A DNA stretch of 64,000 bases from Sphingomonas sp. (GCA_031362355.1 JANLSJ010000026.1:7240-71239); one strand, 5' to 3'. Shown: positions 10,841 through 22,300, counted from the stretch's first letter. Notes: generated from the letters alone by a model not told the origin. Made by a program: numbers and translations.

Positions 10841-11695
10841 ATGGTTCGTTTGCTCGGCCCTTTGGCTGGTATTGGTTTTGTCGCAATTGCGCTCTGGTCG
10901 CTCATGTGGGGCGTCATTGCCTATGTGTCCGAACCGCATATCGAAACTGCCGAACATTATGTGCGCAAGCAATTTCCTCTCAAGGAAGTGTCATTCTCAT
11001 TTGCAGGGCCGATGGGCAAGTTTGACAACCGCCAGCTTCAGCGCGGCTTTCAGGTTTACAAGGAAGTTTGTTCGGCTTGCCACAGCCTGAAGTATGTCGC
11101 CTTCCGCGATCTTGAACACATCGGTTTCACCAAGCCCGAAGTCAAAGCAATTGCCAAGGATTGGCCGCTGGAAACACCGTCGGTTGATCCCGCAACGGGT
11201 GAAGTGACGACGCGCAAGTCGCTCCCGTCGGATCGTTTTCCCAAGCCATTTGCTAACGATACGGCAGCCCGCGCGGCCAACAACAACGCGATTCCGCCCG
11301 ATCAGTCGTTGATCGTCAAGGCGCGGCATCATGGCCCCGAATATATCTACTCACTGCTGACGGGCTATCAGGATCAGCCCGCGACGCTGCTCAAGAAATA
11401 TCCCGACGTGAAGACGGGTGAGGGGCTTTACTACAATCCCTACTTCCCGAACTTGAACCTCGCAATGGCACCGCCTTTGACCGACGGACAGGTTAGCTAT
11501 TCGGATGGCACCAAGTCATCGGTCGACCAGATGGCCAAGGACGTAACAGCGTTCCTGACATGGGCGGCCGAACCCAAGATGGAAAACCGCAAGTTGGCAG
11601 GCTGGGCATCGATGGCCTACCTGCTGATCTTCACCGGGCTTGCTTATGCGGCATACCGGACGATCTGGGCCGACAAGAAAAAGCCGAAGGCCTGA
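10841..11695 (+). CDS. petC: Cytochrome c1
   Basis: LQRGFQVYKEVCSACH haem motif, C-terminal TM anchor. Confidence 0.96.
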   Translation: MVRLLGPLAGIGFVAIALWSLMWGVIAYVSEPHIETAEHYVRKQFPLKEVSFSFAGPMGKFDNRQLQRGFQVYKEVCSACHSLKYVAFRDLEHIGFTKPEVKAIAKDWPLETPSVDPATGEVTTRKSLPSDRFPKPFANDTAARAANNNAIPPDQSLIVKARHHGPEYIYSLLTGYQDQPATLLKKYPDVKTGEGLYYNPYFPNLNLAMAPPLTDGQVSYSDGTKSSVDQMAKDVTAFLTWAAEPKMENRKLAGWASMAYLLIFTGLAYAAYRTIWADKKKPKA

Positions 11696-11698
11696 TAA

Positions 11699-12235
11699 AT
11701 GGATGCGGACGTGCTGAAATCGCTCGTCCGCACCATCCCCGATTTTCCCAAACCGGGCATCGAGTTCCGCGACATTTCGACCTTGCTATCGGATGGCGCA
11801 GGGTTCGCCGCGTCGATTGATGCGCTTGTCGCGCTCGCGAGGCCGCTGGACCCCGATCGGATCATTGCCATTGATGCGCGGGGGTTTCTCTTTGGCGCGC
11901 CGGCCGCTGTGGCCTTAGGCGCTGGAGTCATCCCCGCACGCAAAAAAGGCAAACTGCCCGGCGCAACGCTTGGCGTCGATTACGCGCTCGAATATGGGAC
12001 GGACCGGTTGGAACTGCATGTCGGTGCGGTCCTGCCCGGGCACCGCGCTTTGATTGTTGATGATCTGATTGCGACAGGCGGGACGGCACTCGCCTGTGTC
12101 AATCTGTTGCGCGAAGCGGGGGCCGAAGTGGTTGGTGCGCTGTTTGCGATTGACTTACCTGATCTAGGCGGCGCCGATCGATTGCGTGCGGCGGGTGTTC
12201 CGGTGAACAGCCTGATGTCTTTCGCGGGGCATTAA
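11699..12235 (+). CDS. apt: Adenine phosphoribosyltransferase
   Basis: PDFPKPGI.FRDI, YALEYG, VDDLIATGGT. Confidence 0.96.
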   Translation: MDADVLKSLVRTIPDFPKPGIEFRDISTLLSDGAGFAASIDALVALARPLDPDRIIAIDARGFLFGAPAAVALGAGVIPARKKGKLPGATLGVDYALEYGTDRLELHVGAVLPGHRALIVDDLIATGGTALACVNLLREAGAEVVGALFAIDLPDLGGADRLRAAGVPVNSLMSFAGH

Positions 12236-12684
12236 CGGTCAGTCGGCCGCATCCGGATCAGGCCAATTGAAATGACGGTCATAACGGCAACTTCTTCCTG
12301 ATTGAAGATCGTCGCCTGCGACCGGAACGATCCCATGTCGGGGCGGCTGCGCGAGGGACGTTTATCAAGAATCTCGGTTTCGACGCGCAGGACATCACCG
12401 GGATAGACCGGCTTCAGCCAACGCAATTCATCAAGCCCCGGCGATCCCAATCCTGCTTGCTGGATCGCCGACATGTTATCGACGAGCATGCGCATCATCA
12501 TCGCGGTCGTATGCCAGCCACTTGCGGCAACGCGGCCGAAATGCGTTTTGGTAGCCTCCTCGTCGGACAAGTGAAACGGCTGCGGGTCATATTTGGTGGC
12601 GAATTCGATCACTTCTTCGCGGGTGACTTCGTAGCGACCAAAGGCTGACTTCGTGCCGGGTTCGACATCTTCGAAATACAGCAT
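12232..12684 (-). CDS. MaoC family dehydratase
   Basis: YFED, DPQPFH, ASGWHT, PVYPGD; ATG coupled to ychF stop. Confidence 0.88.
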   Translation of the reverse strand: MLYFEDVEPGTKSAFGRYEVTREEVIEFATKYDPQPFHLSDEEATKTHFGRVAASGWHTTAMMMRMLVDNMSAIQQAGLGSPGLDELRWLKPVYPGDVLRVETEILDKRPSRSRPDMGSFRSQATIFNQEEVAVMTVISIGLIRMRPTDR

Positions 12685-13784
12685 CAGACGTTGAACCGGA
12701 ACAGCATGATGTCGCCGTCGACCACGGTATAGTCCTTCCCCTCGGACCGCCACTTGCCGGCTTCTTTCGCGCCGGCTTCGCCATTGTGCGCGACATAATC
12801 GGCATAGGCCATCGTTTCGGCGCGGATGAAGCCTTTTTCAAAATCGGTGTGGATGACGCCTGCCGCATTGGGGGCCGTCGCGCCCTTGTGGACGGTCCAT
12901 GCACGGGCTTCCTTCGGGCCGACGGTGAAGAAAGTGATCAGGTGGAGCAGTTCATAGCCTGCACGGATGACGCGGGTGAGGCCAGTTTCGGTGAGGCCAA
13001 GATCGGACAGAAATTCAACGCGGTCTTCGGCGGGCATCGTGGCAATGTCGGCTTCGATAGCGGCGGAAACGACAACCGCTTGCGCGCCTTCGGCTTTGGC
13101 TTTTTCGAAAACGCGGGCGGAGAGGGCATTGCCGTTCGCAGCTGATCCCTCATCGACATTGCAGACGTAGAGAACGGGCTTTGCGGTGAGCAATTGCGCT
13201 TGGGAGAACAGGCGTTCTTCTTCGGGATCAGTGATCTTGGTCAGGCGGGCGGGGGAGCCTGCGCGGAGCAATTCGAGCGCACGGCCCAGAACTTCGGCGG
13301 AAGCCTTGGCTTCCTTGTCGCCCTGCTGGCCCTTTTTGATGAGGTTCGGCACGCGCTTTTCGAGGGATTCGAGATCGGATAGCATCAGCTCGGTTTCGAC
13401 CGTTTCGGCATCATCGATGGGGTCGACCTTGCCCTCGACATGCGTCACGTCGCCGCCTTCGAAACAGCGCAGGACGTGGACGATGGCATCGACTTCGCGG
13501 ATATTGCCAAGGAACTGGTTGCCCAGCCCCTCGCCGGTCGACGCGCCACGGACAAGGCCAGCAATGTCGACAAACGCGAGTTGCGTCTCGATGATTTTCG
13601 CCGAACCACCGATCCGCGCGATGTCATCAAGCCGAGGATCGGGCACCGCGACCTGACCCACGTTCGGCTCGATCGTGCAAAACGGATAGTTCGCCGCCTG
13701 CGCCGCCGCCGTTTCCGTGAGCGCATTGAAAAGGGTAGATTTGCCGACATTGGGCAGGCCGACGATACCACATTTGAAACCCAT
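12684..13784 (-). CDS. ychF: Ribosome-binding ATPase YchF
   Basis: GLPNVGKS, ANYPFCTIEPN, DIAG, TGS domain ending FRFNV. Confidence 0.98.
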   Translation of the reverse strand: MGFKCGIVGLPNVGKSTLFNALTETAAAQAANYPFCTIEPNVGQVAVPDPRLDDIARIGGSAKIIETQLAFVDIAGLVRGASTGEGLGNQFLGNIREVDAIVHVLRCFEGGDVTHVEGKVDPIDDAETVETELMLSDLESLEKRVPNLIKKGQQGDKEAKASAEVLGRALELLRAGSPARLTKITDPEEERLFSQAQLLTAKPVLYVCNVDEGSAANGNALSARVFEKAKAEGAQAVVVSAAIEADIATMPAEDRVEFLSDLGLTETGLTRVIRAGYELLHLITFFTVGPKEARAWTVHKGATAPNAAGVIHTDFEKGFIRAETMAYADYVAHNGEAGAKEAGKWRSEGKDYTVVDGDIMLFRFNV

Positions 13785-13818
13785 ATAGTCCTCTTGGGAA
13801 TTTGAAGTGACGAAGGCT

Positions 13819-14328
13819 CTAGGCCGTGTTGCCGATTGTGGCCATCCAGCGTTGGAGCGCAGCAGGGCTTTTCAGACGAATAACCTTGTCTTCGTGCCCC
13901 TTCAGCCTGGCTTCGGTCCGGGGTCGCGGGCCGCTGTTCCATCGAATCAAATAAAGGACAAACGCGAGATCGAACCGCTCGGGGCAGTCCTCGGTCATAT
14001 CGGGTCGGGTGCGACCGCGATGTGTCCAAATCCGACGAAGGAGCCGTGTGACACACAACGTAATCGGGAAATCGAGATAGACGACGGCGTCTGCACGCTC
14101 CAGCCGCTCGGCAAGCGTGCCGCCATAGTTGCCGTCGATCAGCCAGCGGTCGGTTCCAACGATAGACTTGAGTTGCCGGCGTATTTCGTCCTTGCCGCCT
14201 TCGACCCAGCCCGGCTTCCAGTTTAGTTTGTCCATATGGAAAACCGGCAGGCTCAGCCGTTCGCCGAGCTCGAAAGCCAGCGTCGACTTTCCCGCTCCGC
14301 ACGGGCCGATGATGAGAACGCGATGCAT
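13819..14328 (-). CDS. Adenylate-kinase-like P-loop protein (FlaR / topology modulation protein family)
   Basis: IIGPCGAGKST Walker A, WLIDGNY, CPER motif. Confidence 0.82.
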   Translation of the reverse strand: MHRVLIIGPCGAGKSTLAFELGERLSLPVFHMDKLNWKPGWVEGGKDEIRRQLKSIVGTDRWLIDGNYGGTLAERLERADAVVYLDFPITLCVTRLLRRIWTHRGRTRPDMTEDCPERFDLAFVLYLIRWNSGPRPRTEARLKGHEDKVIRLKSPAALQRWMATIGNTA

Positions 14329-14332
14329 ATAG

Positions 14333-14902
14333 TCAATCCGCCAACCGCATCGCGACATCGTTCATAAAGCGGACATCGTCACCCTTGGCCATCCATTCCG
14401 CCTCCGCCGCGACCGCGCCGAGCAGATGCGCGAGATCGTCGATCTCCGCCTTCGCATAGTTGCCGAGCACATGTCCGGTCACCCGATCCTTATGCCCCGG
14501 ATGACCGATGCCGATGCGGACGCGGCGGAAGTCTTCGCCGATATGCGCGACGATCGAGCGGATGCCATTGTGGCCTGCTGCACCGCCGCCGATGCGGACT
14601 TTCACCTTGAACGGGGCGAGGTCGAGTTCGTCGTAGAAGACGGTCACGTCGCCGGTTTCGAGTTTGTAGAAGCGCATTGCCTCACCGACACTGCGACCGC
14701 TGTCGTTCATGAACGTGGCGGGTTTGAGCAGCAGCACTTTCTCAGTGCCAATGCGCCCTTCAGTGATCAGCCCCTGGAATTTCGATTTCCAGGGGCCGAA
14801 CCGGTATTCGGACGCAATCACGTCAGCCGCCATGAACCCGACATTGTGCCGGTGCATGGCATAGTCCGCGCCGGGATTGCCGAGGCCGACCCAGAGTTGC
14901 AT
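14333..14902 (-). CDS. pth: Peptidyl-tRNA hydrolase
   Basis: GLGNPG, RHNVGF, FMNDSG, GHNGIRS. Confidence 0.97.
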   Translation of the reverse strand: MQLWVGLGNPGADYAMHRHNVGFMAADVIASEYRFGPWKSKFQGLITEGRIGTEKVLLLKPATFMNDSGRSVGEAMRFYKLETGDVTVFYDELDLAPFKVKVRIGGGAAGHNGIRSIVAHIGEDFRRVRIGIGHPGHKDRVTGHVLGNYAKAEIDDLAHLLGAVAAEAEWMAKGDDVRFMNDVAMRLAD

Positions 14903-14908
14903 GCGCGC

Positions 14909-15541
14909 TTAGGAAGCCGCCGCTTCTTCCTCGGCCGCCGGAGCATCATCGCTATCGCCTTCGCTCGATTTGAGCGCCGACGGGGCAACGATGGTGGCGA
15001 TGGTATAGTCGCGGTCGGTAATCGCCGATACGACGCCCTTGGGCAGCGTAACCGCTGAAATGTGGATCGAATCGCCGACTTCAAAGCCGGTCAGGTCAAC
15101 CGCGATTTCATCGGGGATTTCGGCCGCATCGCAGACTAGTTCGAGTTCGTGACGCACCACGTTGAGCACGCCGCCACGCTTGATGCCGGGCGCTGCGAGT
15201 TCGTTGATGAAGTGCACGGGCACGTTGACCGTGACCTTGGCATGTTCCGAAATGCGCAGGAAATCGACGTGCAGCGGGCGGTCGGTCACCGGGTGGAACG
15301 ACACATCCTTGGGCAGGGTGCGAACATCCTTGCCGCCGACACCGACCATCACGACCGAATTCATGAAATGACCGGTGTGCAGCGCTTTCATCAGCGCCTT
15401 TTCTTCCAAGTGAACCGTCGTGGGTTCTTCGTTGTTGCCGTAGATAACGGCGGGAACGCGGCCTTCACGACGCAGAGCGCGGGAGGCTCCCTTGCCTGCC
15501 CGCTCGCGCGCTTCGGCCGACAATGTCAGCTGATCGCTCAT
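14909..15541 (-). CDS. rplY: 50S ribosomal protein bL25 / Ctc
   Basis: [24 protein letters not shown], long Ctc-type C-terminal domain. Confidence 0.97.
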   Translation of the reverse strand: MSDQLTLSAEARERAGKGASRALRREGRVPAVIYGNNEEPTTVHLEEKALMKALHTGHFMNSVVMVGVGGKDVRTLPKDVSFHPVTDRPLHVDFLRISEHAKVTVNVPVHFINELAAPGIKRGGVLNVVRHELELVCDAAEIPDEIAVDLTGFEVGDSIHISAVTLPKGVVSAITDRDYTIATIVAPSALKSSEGDSDDAPAAEEEAAAS

Positions 15542-15611
15542 GTTTAGTCTCCAAATTGCCCGCCACGCCTCCAGGGATGACCATGGTCCGGGGAGCGGCG
15601 CGCATAGCCAC

Positions 15612-16709
15612 TCACGCGACCAAAGGCAACTCCAGTGCGTCGGCGACGGCTTGGTGGCGGATATGCCCGTTCGATACGTTCAATCCGGCGGCCAAATGCG
15701 GGTCGGCTTTCATCGCGGCCTCGGCGCCCAGATTGGCAAGGCGGACGGCGAAGGGCAGGGTGGCGTTATTGAGTGCGAAAGCGGATGTGCGCGCGACGGC
15801 ACCAGGCATGTTGGCCACACAATAATGGATGATGCCGTCGATCACGAAAACCGGATCGTCATGTGTGGTGGCATGGCTGGTTTCGAAGCAGCCCCCTTGA
15901 TCGATCGCAATGTCGACGAGCACCGACCCGCGTTTCATTGTCTTGAGCATATCGCGGGTGACGAGCTTCGGAGCCGCCGCGCCGGGGACGAGGACAGCGC
16001 CGATGACCAGATGCGCTTTGGCGACCGCCGCAGCGATGGCGGCTTTTGAGGCATAGGCTGTCTTGATCTGCGACGAGAAAAACATGTCGAGTTCCGCAAG
16101 GCGATCCATATTAATGTCGTAGATCGTGACATCGGCGCGCATTCCGACGGCCATTTGCGCGGCATTCACCCCCGATACGCCGCCGCCGAGAATGGCCACA
16201 CGGGCGGGGGCGACGCCGGGGACGCCACCGAGCAACACGCCACGGCCACCCTGTTCCTTTTCCAGATAATGCGCGCCAACCTGCACCGACATGCGTCCCG
16301 CAACTTCGGACATCGGCTTCAACAGCGGTAGTTGCCCAGAGCGCGACGTCACAGTCTCATAAGCAATGCAGGTCGCGCCCGATTTCATCAACCCTTCGGC
16401 CTGCGCTTTGTCAGCCGCGAGGTGCAGGTAAGTGAACAGTGTATGATGCGGTCGCAGCATCGCGATTTCGCTCGGTTGCGGTTCTTTGACCTTCACGATC
16501 ATTTCGGCGGCGGCGAAGACTTCGGACGCGTTGGGCAGAATGCGGGCACCAGCGTCCATATAATCGCGGTCACTGAAATCGATGCCATTGCCCGCCAGCG
16601 CTTCGACGACAACTTCATGGCCCTGTGCCGTCAATTCGGCGACCGATGCAGGCGTCAGACCGACGCGGTATTCATGGTTCTTGATTTCCTTGGGAACACC
16701 GACACGCAT
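15612..16709 (-). CDS. ald: Alanine dehydrogenase
   Basis: [37 protein letters not shown]. Confidence 0.96.
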   Translation of the reverse strand: MRVGVPKEIKNHEYRVGLTPASVAELTAQGHEVVVEALAGNGIDFSDRDYMDAGARILPNASEVFAAAEMIVKVKEPQPSEIAMLRPHHTLFTYLHLAADKAQAEGLMKSGATCIAYETVTSRSGQLPLLKPMSEVAGRMSVQVGAHYLEKEQGGRGVLLGGVPGVAPARVAILGGGVSGVNAAQMAVGMRADVTIYDINMDRLAELDMFFSSQIKTAYASKAAIAAAVAKAHLVIGAVLVPGAAAPKLVTRDMLKTMKRGSVLVDIAIDQGGCFETSHATTHDDPVFVIDGIIHYCVANMPGAVARTSAFALNNATLPFAVRLANLGAEAAMKADPHLAAGLNVSNGHIRHQAVADALELPLVA

Positions 16710-16863
16710 CGCTCATATCCTTGTAATATTGTTGCGTTTGCATAGCAGCGGGAACAGCGCTTGTCTTCAATTGCGTGCCCCCATGCGAAGTGCTAGGCGC
16801 GCGGCCCGACCGTCGCTAGAGCGGTCAGCGGGTTTCAATGGCGAAAGGCTGGTTTGCGGCTTT

Positions 16864-18780
16864 ATGGCAACGACAGAAGGCGCGGTTCCCGCGCACAGCG
16901 ATGAAGAAAGCCACGGCCACCGGATCGAAGGGGGGCTCGGAAAACTCGCTCTAGGCGCTATCGGCGTTGTTTTCGGCGACATCGGAACGTCACCGCTTTA
17001 TGCGATGAAGGAAACCTTCGTCGGCCATCATCCGCTAGCCGTCGACCAGCTCCACGTCTTTGGCGTGCTCAGCCTCGTTTTCTGGTCATTGATGATGATC
17101 GTCACGGTTAAATATATCATGATCGTTCTCGCGGCGGACAACAAGGGCGAAGGTGGCAGCATGGCGCTGCTTGCGCTGATTAGCCGCAAAACCGGAGGCG
17201 GCGCGCGGTCTGGTTTGCTTGTGATGCTCGCAGTGATGGCCACGGCGCTGTTTTTTGGTGACGCAATGATAACGCCGGCGATGTCGGTATTGTCCGCTGT
17301 CGAAGGCCTCACTGTCGTCCAAGCGGGCTTTGCACCGCTTGTGCTGCCGATCTCGATTGGCATTCTCGTTGGCCTTTTCATGGTCCAATCGCGCGGAACA
17401 GAAGCCATCAGCCGGTATTTTGGCCCGATAATTCTGGTGTATTTCCTGACGCTTGCCGTGCTCGGCGTGGTCAACCTCGTTCAACGACCCGAAGTGCTGA
17501 TGGCGTTATCGCCTTATTATGCTTACCTGTTTTTCGCCAATGACCCAATGCTCGCCTTTCTGGCGCTGGGGTCGATTGTTCTTGCCGTGACCGGAGCCGA
17601 AGCGCTCTATGCTGACATGGGCCATTTCGGGCGTCGTCCGATTACCTTTGCGTGGTTGTGGGTCGTCGCGCCGGGGCTGATGCTGAACTATCTCGGGCAG
17701 GCCGCCTTGCTGATGCGCGATCCGTCGGCGGCGTCGAACCCGTTCTTTCTGATGGCACCCGAGGAGTTCCGCCTCCCGCTGGTTATCCTCGCGACACTGG
17801 CAACAATCATTGCCAGCCAGTCGATGATTACCGGCGCCTTCTCGGTCGTCCAGCAGTCGGTCCAGCTTGGCATGATGCCGCGCCTGAAAATTCAACATAC
17901 CAGCGCGTCGGCTGCAGGGCAGATTTATGTGCCGGTCGTCAACTGGACGCTGATGATCCTCGTTATCCTGCTGGTCGTTCTGTTCCAGAAATCGAGCAAT
18001 CTGGCGGCGGCTTATGGCATCGCGGTGATGGGCACGATGTTCATTTCCACGATTATGATTGGCGTGTTGATGGCGAAGGTCTGGAACTGGCCAACGTGGC
18101 GTGTGGCGCTGGTGATCGGCGTATTCCTGATCATTGACGGTGCTTATTTGGCGTCGAATTTGATCAAGGTGCCTCAGGGTGGCTGGCTGCCCTTGCTGGT
18201 TGCTGCGGTGATCTGTGTGTTGCTGACAACATGGGCCACAGGGCGGACGTTGATGATGGCGCGCCTGCGCGAAGCCGCGATGCCGATCAAGGTCTTCATA
18301 TCGTCGGCGGCAAGTTCGGCAACACGGGTGCCGGGAACCGCCGTGTTCATGACATCGACGCCTGAAGGTGTGCCGCATGCCCTGCTCCACAACTTGAAGC
18401 ACAACAAAGTGCTGCATGAGCGCATCATCCTGCTGACCGTCAAGATTGCCGATATGCCTTATGTCGAGGACGATACCCGCTGCCGTCTCGAAGACCTTGG
18501 CGAAGGCTTCCACCGGCTCGTGATAAAGTACGGCTTCATGCAGGAACCCGATGTGCCCGCAGCACTGGCGCGACTCACGGGTTGCGGCCCGGCGTTCAAG
18601 ATGATGGACACCAGCTTCTTCCTCGCGCGCCAAACTTTGCTGCCCTCGTCGCGCCCCGGCATGGCGATCTGGCGCGAAAAGTTGTTCGCATGGATGTTGC
18701 GAAACGCGGAAAGTGCGATGGAGTTTTTCCGGTTGCCGACGAACCGCGTGGTCGAACTGGGCAGTCAAGTCGAAATCTGA
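16864..18780 (+). CDS. kup: KUP/HAK/KT potassium transporter
   Basis: [29 protein letters not shown]; start reset to ATG 16864. Confidence 0.96.
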   Translation: MATTEGAVPAHSDEESHGHRIEGGLGKLALGAIGVVFGDIGTSPLYAMKETFVGHHPLAVDQLHVFGVLSLVFWSLMMIVTVKYIMIVLAADNKGEGGSMALLALISRKTGGGARSGLLVMLAVMATALFFGDAMITPAMSVLSAVEGLTVVQAGFAPLVLPISIGILVGLFMVQSRGTEAISRYFGPIILVYFLTLAVLGVVNLVQRPEVLMALSPYYAYLFFANDPMLAFLALGSIVLAVTGAEALYADMGHFGRRPITFAWLWVVAPGLMLNYLGQAALLMRDPSAASNPFFLMAPEEFRLPLVILATLATIIASQSMITGAFSVVQQSVQLGMMPRLKIQHTSASAAGQIYVPVVNWTLMILVILLVVLFQKSSNLAAAYGIAVMGTMFISTIMIGVLMAKVWNWPTWRVALVIGVFLIIDGAYLASNLIKVPQGGWLPLLVAAVICVLLTTWATGRTLMMARLREAAMPIKVFISSAASSATRVPGTAVFMTSTPEGVPHALLHNLKHNKVLHERIILLTVKIADMPYVEDDTRCRLEDLGEGFHRLVIKYGFMQEPDVPAALARLTGCGPAFKMMDTSFFLARQTLLPSSRPGMAIWREKLFAWMLRNAESAMEFFRLPTNRVVELGSQVEI

Positions 18781-18789
18781 CCTCGAAAC

Positions 18790-18951
18790 GGCGAATGCCC
18801 GGACCACTTTCGTGGCCCGGGCACCCGCGTGACGATTGCCTCGTCAGCCCCCTTCTTGATTATGCGCCGTCTTCTACGTCACCCGCCCCCTTTTGCAGGG
18901 TGTCGGAGCCAGCGCTCTCCCTAAACCGTGGCTATTGCCTTCCGTTTCAGT
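18790..18951 (-). ncRNA. Candidate structured small RNA
   Basis: Promoter-like TTGGCA-N17-TAGCGT upstream, several hairpins, no ATG-initiated ORF, strong 3' hairpin with GAAA loop. Confidence 0.45.
18796..18823. terminator. Hairpin after kup; probable terminator, possibly bidirectional
   Basis: TGCCCGGACCAC-TTTC-GTGGCCCGGGCA, 12-bp stem; the one mismatch is G.U and the loop is GAAA when read on the minus strand. Confidence 0.65.
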
Positions 18952-19091
18952 ATTGTGACGCTAGGGAAGGCGCGCGCGCTTGCCAACGGATTCGGTTAGA
19001 TCCACAGCCGATTTGATGACACCTGTGTTCATTGCGCAACAGGCAGCACGCGGTTGCCAGTGCGCTTGAGCCCCCGTATGGCGCGCATCGC

Positions 19092-20342
19092 ATGATCCTC
19101 TCTCCTTATGAACGAATGATCGCACGGCGGTATTTGCTCCCCGGTAAGGGCGAGGGGTTCATCTTCCTCGTCGCTTCGATCAGCCTTGTCGCTGTGATGC
19201 TCGGTGTTGCGGCGCTCGTGATCGTGATGAGCGTGATGAATGGCTTCCGCGCCGAGTTGTTCGACAAGATCGTCGGACTGAATGGCCATGCCGTCATTCA
19301 GGGCTATGGCGGGCGCTTGCCCGACTGGCGCGACATCATGGCAGCGGCGCAGAAGACGCCCGGGGTGATCTCGGCAACGCCGCTGATCGAACAGCCGTTG
19401 ATGGCCAGCCATGATGGCCGCGTCGAAGGCGTGTTGATACGCGGAATGCGCGTTGAGGACATCCGGACCAATGCGACGCTTCAAGGCAAGATGCTGGGCG
19501 GCGACCTGAAGGCGCTTGTGCCGGGCAGCGCCAATGTCGCGCTCGGCGCGCGGTTGGCTGAAGCGCTCGGCGCACAAGTTGGCGGCGAAGTGTCGCTGAT
19601 TTCCCCCGCTGGTCAGACAACACCGTTCGGCACCGTACCGCGCATCGTGAGTTATCGCGTGGCAGCCATTTTTGAAGTCGGCGTCTATGATTATGACAAG
19701 GCGTTCGTCCTGATGCCGATAGAGGACGCGCAGAGTTTGCTGCTGCTCGGTGATTCGGTGGGGATGGTCGAAGTCGAGACGACTGATCCCGATAATGTCT
19801 CGAAAATCCTGTCGCCATTGCTGCCCAAGATTGGCGACAAAGCCGTGATTACGGACTGGCGGCAGATGAACTCGACCTTGTTCGAAGCGCTTGCCGTCGA
19901 CCGCGTCGTTTCGTTCGTCGTACTGTCGATCATTACACTCGTTGCGGTGTTCAATATATTGTCGTCGCTCATCATGCTGGTTCGCGCCAAGACCCGCGAT
20001 ATTGCCATCCTGCGCACGATGGGTGCTACGCGAAGTTCGATGGTTCGAATTTTTGTGGTGGTCGGCATGACTATCGGCACGCTCGGCACTGTGGCCGGGT
20101 TGGTTCTTGGGTCTATTTTTCTCTATTTTCGCCAATCAGTGGTAAATTTTGTTCAGTTTGCAACAGGGCAAAATCTTTGGGATCCCACGATCCGGTTTTT
20201 GACCGAACTTCCGTCCAAAGCTGACCCCATCGAGATTGCGGTCATTACGATCATGGCGCTGCTATTCAGCTTCCTCGCAACGCTTTATCCGGCGTTCAAG
20301 GCGGCGAGCACCGATCCGGTGCAGGTACTTCGTTATGAGTGA
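19092..20342 (+). CDS. lolE: Lipoprotein-releasing ABC transporter permease (LolC/E family)
   Basis: [36 protein letters not shown]. Confidence 0.93.
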   Translation: MILSPYERMIARRYLLPGKGEGFIFLVASISLVAVMLGVAALVIVMSVMNGFRAELFDKIVGLNGHAVIQGYGGRLPDWRDIMAAAQKTPGVISATPLIEQPLMASHDGRVEGVLIRGMRVEDIRTNATLQGKMLGGDLKALVPGSANVALGARLAEALGAQVGGEVSLISPAGQTTPFGTVPRIVSYRVAAIFEVGVYDYDKAFVLMPIEDAQSLLLLGDSVGMVEVETTDPDNVSKILSPLLPKIGDKAVITDWRQMNSTLFEALAVDRVVSFVVLSIITLVAVFNILSSLIMLVRAKTRDIAILRTMGATRSSMVRIFVVVGMTIGTLGTVAGLVLGSIFLYFRQSVVNFVQFATGQNLWDPTIRFLTELPSKADPIEIAVITIMALLFSFLATLYPAFKAASTDPVQVLRYE

Positions 20343-21006
20343 GGTTCTGGCCGTTGCGAGCTTGAAGCGCACGTTTACACAGGGCGAAGCGACAATTCAT
20401 GTTTTGCGCGGGGTTGATCTGACCATTGGACCGGGCGAGATTGTCGCACTGCTCGGGCCGTCGGGTTCGGGGAAATCGACTTTATTACAAGCGGTCGGAT
20501 TGCTTGAAGGCGGATTCGAGGGATCGATCCGCATTGCGGGCGAGGAAGCGTCACAGCTCGACAGCGACGGGCGGACGCGGGTGCGGCGCGATGCTTTGGG
20601 GTTTGTCTATCAGTTCCATCACTTGCTCCCCGATTTCAATGCGAGCGAGAATGTCATTCTGCCGCAACTGATCCGCGGGACGGCGCGTCCAGCAGCAGAA
20701 GCGCGCGCGACCGAGTTGCTTCGCGCATTGGGTTTGGCGGAAAGACTGACCCACCGGCCCTCGCAGCTTTCGGGCGGCGAGCAACAGCGGGTGGCGGTGG
20801 CGCGGGCCTTGGCGAATCGCCCAGCGCTCGTCTTGGCGGACGAACCGACCGGCAATCTCGACGAGGCGACGGCGGATATTGTCTTTGCAGAATTTCTCAA
20901 TCTGGTGCGTGGCGAGGGATCGTCGGCGCTGGTTGCGACGCATAACGAACGAATCGCGGCCAAGATGGACCGCGTGCTGCGGCTGCACGATGGGGTCTTG
21001 AGTTAG
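20335..21006 (+). CDS. lolD: Lipoprotein-releasing ABC transporter ATP-binding protein
   Basis: [36 protein letters not shown]. Confidence 0.93.
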   Translation: MSEVLAVASLKRTFTQGEATIHVLRGVDLTIGPGEIVALLGPSGSGKSTLLQAVGLLEGGFEGSIRIAGEEASQLDSDGRTRVRRDALGFVYQFHHLLPDFNASENVILPQLIRGTARPAAEARATELLRALGLAERLTHRPSQLSGGEQQRVAVARALANRPALVLADEPTGNLDEATADIVFAEFLNLVRGEGSSALVATHNERIAAKMDRVLRLHDGVLS

Positions 21007-22277
21007 CGCCCGACACTTTGGCCGATCACGCGGTCAATCCGCGCCTTGGCAGCGGCGAACTGGGCGCTGTCGAGGGTCTGGTATTTCTTGACAAAAGCGC
21101 GTTCGCTGAGCCCCTCGGAGAGTGCCAACGCGCTGATGGGGAGCAGGTCTTCGTCGGTTGCTGTGCGGAGCCTGGCAGCCACAGTGGCAGCAGTCGTGGG
21201 GTCAGACGCTCGGCGCGCGACGGCAAGTCCTGACCGGTCGGCGGCGAGATCGACGAACGAGAAACCGCTGCCGCCCGGTCGGCTGTCCGACAATTCTTTC
21301 CATTCACCCATTGCACCACCGATGTCGTTGCCGAGTGAGACCGCGAGCGCGGCAGACAGCGCCCAATGAGCGGCCAGGTCCGCGCGGCCCGCAAGGAGGG
21401 GTTTACCGTCGGGGAGGCGGCAGGATTTGACGCGACTTTCCGCATCGCCCGCCAGTCGCCCCGCAGTGGGCAGCGTGGCATACATGGCCAGTGCGACAAA
21501 CGTGGCGCGGTTCTGTTCGGTGATTGACAGGGTCGAGCGGTTCGGCCCGAAGGCGCGACGCACGATCAGCGCCATTTCATCGGTGGGTTGTTTGCGATTA
21601 AGCGTCGTCAGGCGACAGTAGATCGTTGCGGTCATAGCAGCATCGACGGGCTGGCTGCGTAGGCTCGACAGGTCGTTGGCAAAAGCACCGTTGAGCGGCA
21701 GATAGACCAGCGCCGATACCGAATCAGATTCGACGCGGACCTGTCGCACAAGATTGTCGAGGGGCGGTGCGTTGACACCACGCCATCGGATGAACCTTCG
21801 GGCGAGATCGATCACTCGGCGGCTGATCGATGGCCCAAGCGACAGATCGCCGATCTTCAGGCGTGTTTCGGGGAAACCGCGCGCGCTCGAGGTGATGCGC
21901 GCTTCGCCGTTGATCCAGATGAAGGCGAAGTGGCGACTGGTGCGGAGCGTCAGAACGTCGCCGGTAATCGCGCCATCGAACCGTCCGAACTTGCCGAGTG
22001 ATGTTACCAAGGTGGTCGCGCTGGTGATGTCGTCTCGTTCGGCGCGGAGGGTTGCGAGGCCATTGCCCGCCTGAAGCGACCGCCCCGCCTTGCGCGCAAT
22101 GTCGCGGGCGCGCTTGGCTTGTTCTGCGGTGGGCGCTTTCGAGAGTGGCACGGTTGGTGAAAGATCGAGTGCGAGTGCCAGCAATATCGCAACGGCTGCC
22201 AACAGCATACGGCCGAGAAATCGCCGAATTGTTGATTTTGATGCTATGGTCGCAGCGGCCAACGAATGATATTCCAT
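21003..22277 (-). CDS. Hypothetical membrane-anchored protein with YfiM-like C-terminal motif
   Basis: N-terminal TM; HWALSA...[21 protein letters not shown]. Confidence 0.7.
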   Translation of the reverse strand: MEYHSLAAATIASKSTIRRFLGRMLLAAVAILLALALDLSPTVPLSKAPTAEQAKRARDIARKAGRSLQAGNGLATLRAERDDITSATTLVTSLGKFGRFDGAITGDVLTLRTSRHFAFIWINGEARITSSARGFPETRLKIGDLSLGPSISRRVIDLARRFIRWRGVNAPPLDNLVRQVRVESDSVSALVYLPLNGAFANDLSSLRSQPVDAAMTATIYCRLTTLNRKQPTDEMALIVRRAFGPNRSTLSITEQNRATFVALAMYATLPTAGRLAGDAESRVKSCRLPDGKPLLAGRADLAAHWALSAALAVSLGNDIGGAMGEWKELSDSRPGGSGFSFVDLAADRSGLAVARRASDPTTAATVAARLRTATDEDLLPISALALSEGLSERAFVKKYQTLDSAQFAAAKARIDRVIGQSVGR

Positions 22278-22300
22278 AGTCTTAAACAGGAGAACGCGCG

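Noticed and set aside
16582-16863. 94-aa N-terminal extension of Kup in the ORF track
   Set aside because: Overlaps ald on the opposite strand and the divergent promoter; ATG 16864 gives a normal-length protein
18860-18925. Glycine riboswitch (GGAGAG and GCAAAAGG on the minus strand)
   Set aside because: Lacks CCGAAG and CTCTCAGG core motifs, and no downstream gene on that strand
17506-20135. Long antisense ORFs (433 aa and 368 aa) opposite kup and lolE
   Set aside because: Codon-mirror artefacts with His/Arg/Gln-rich composition
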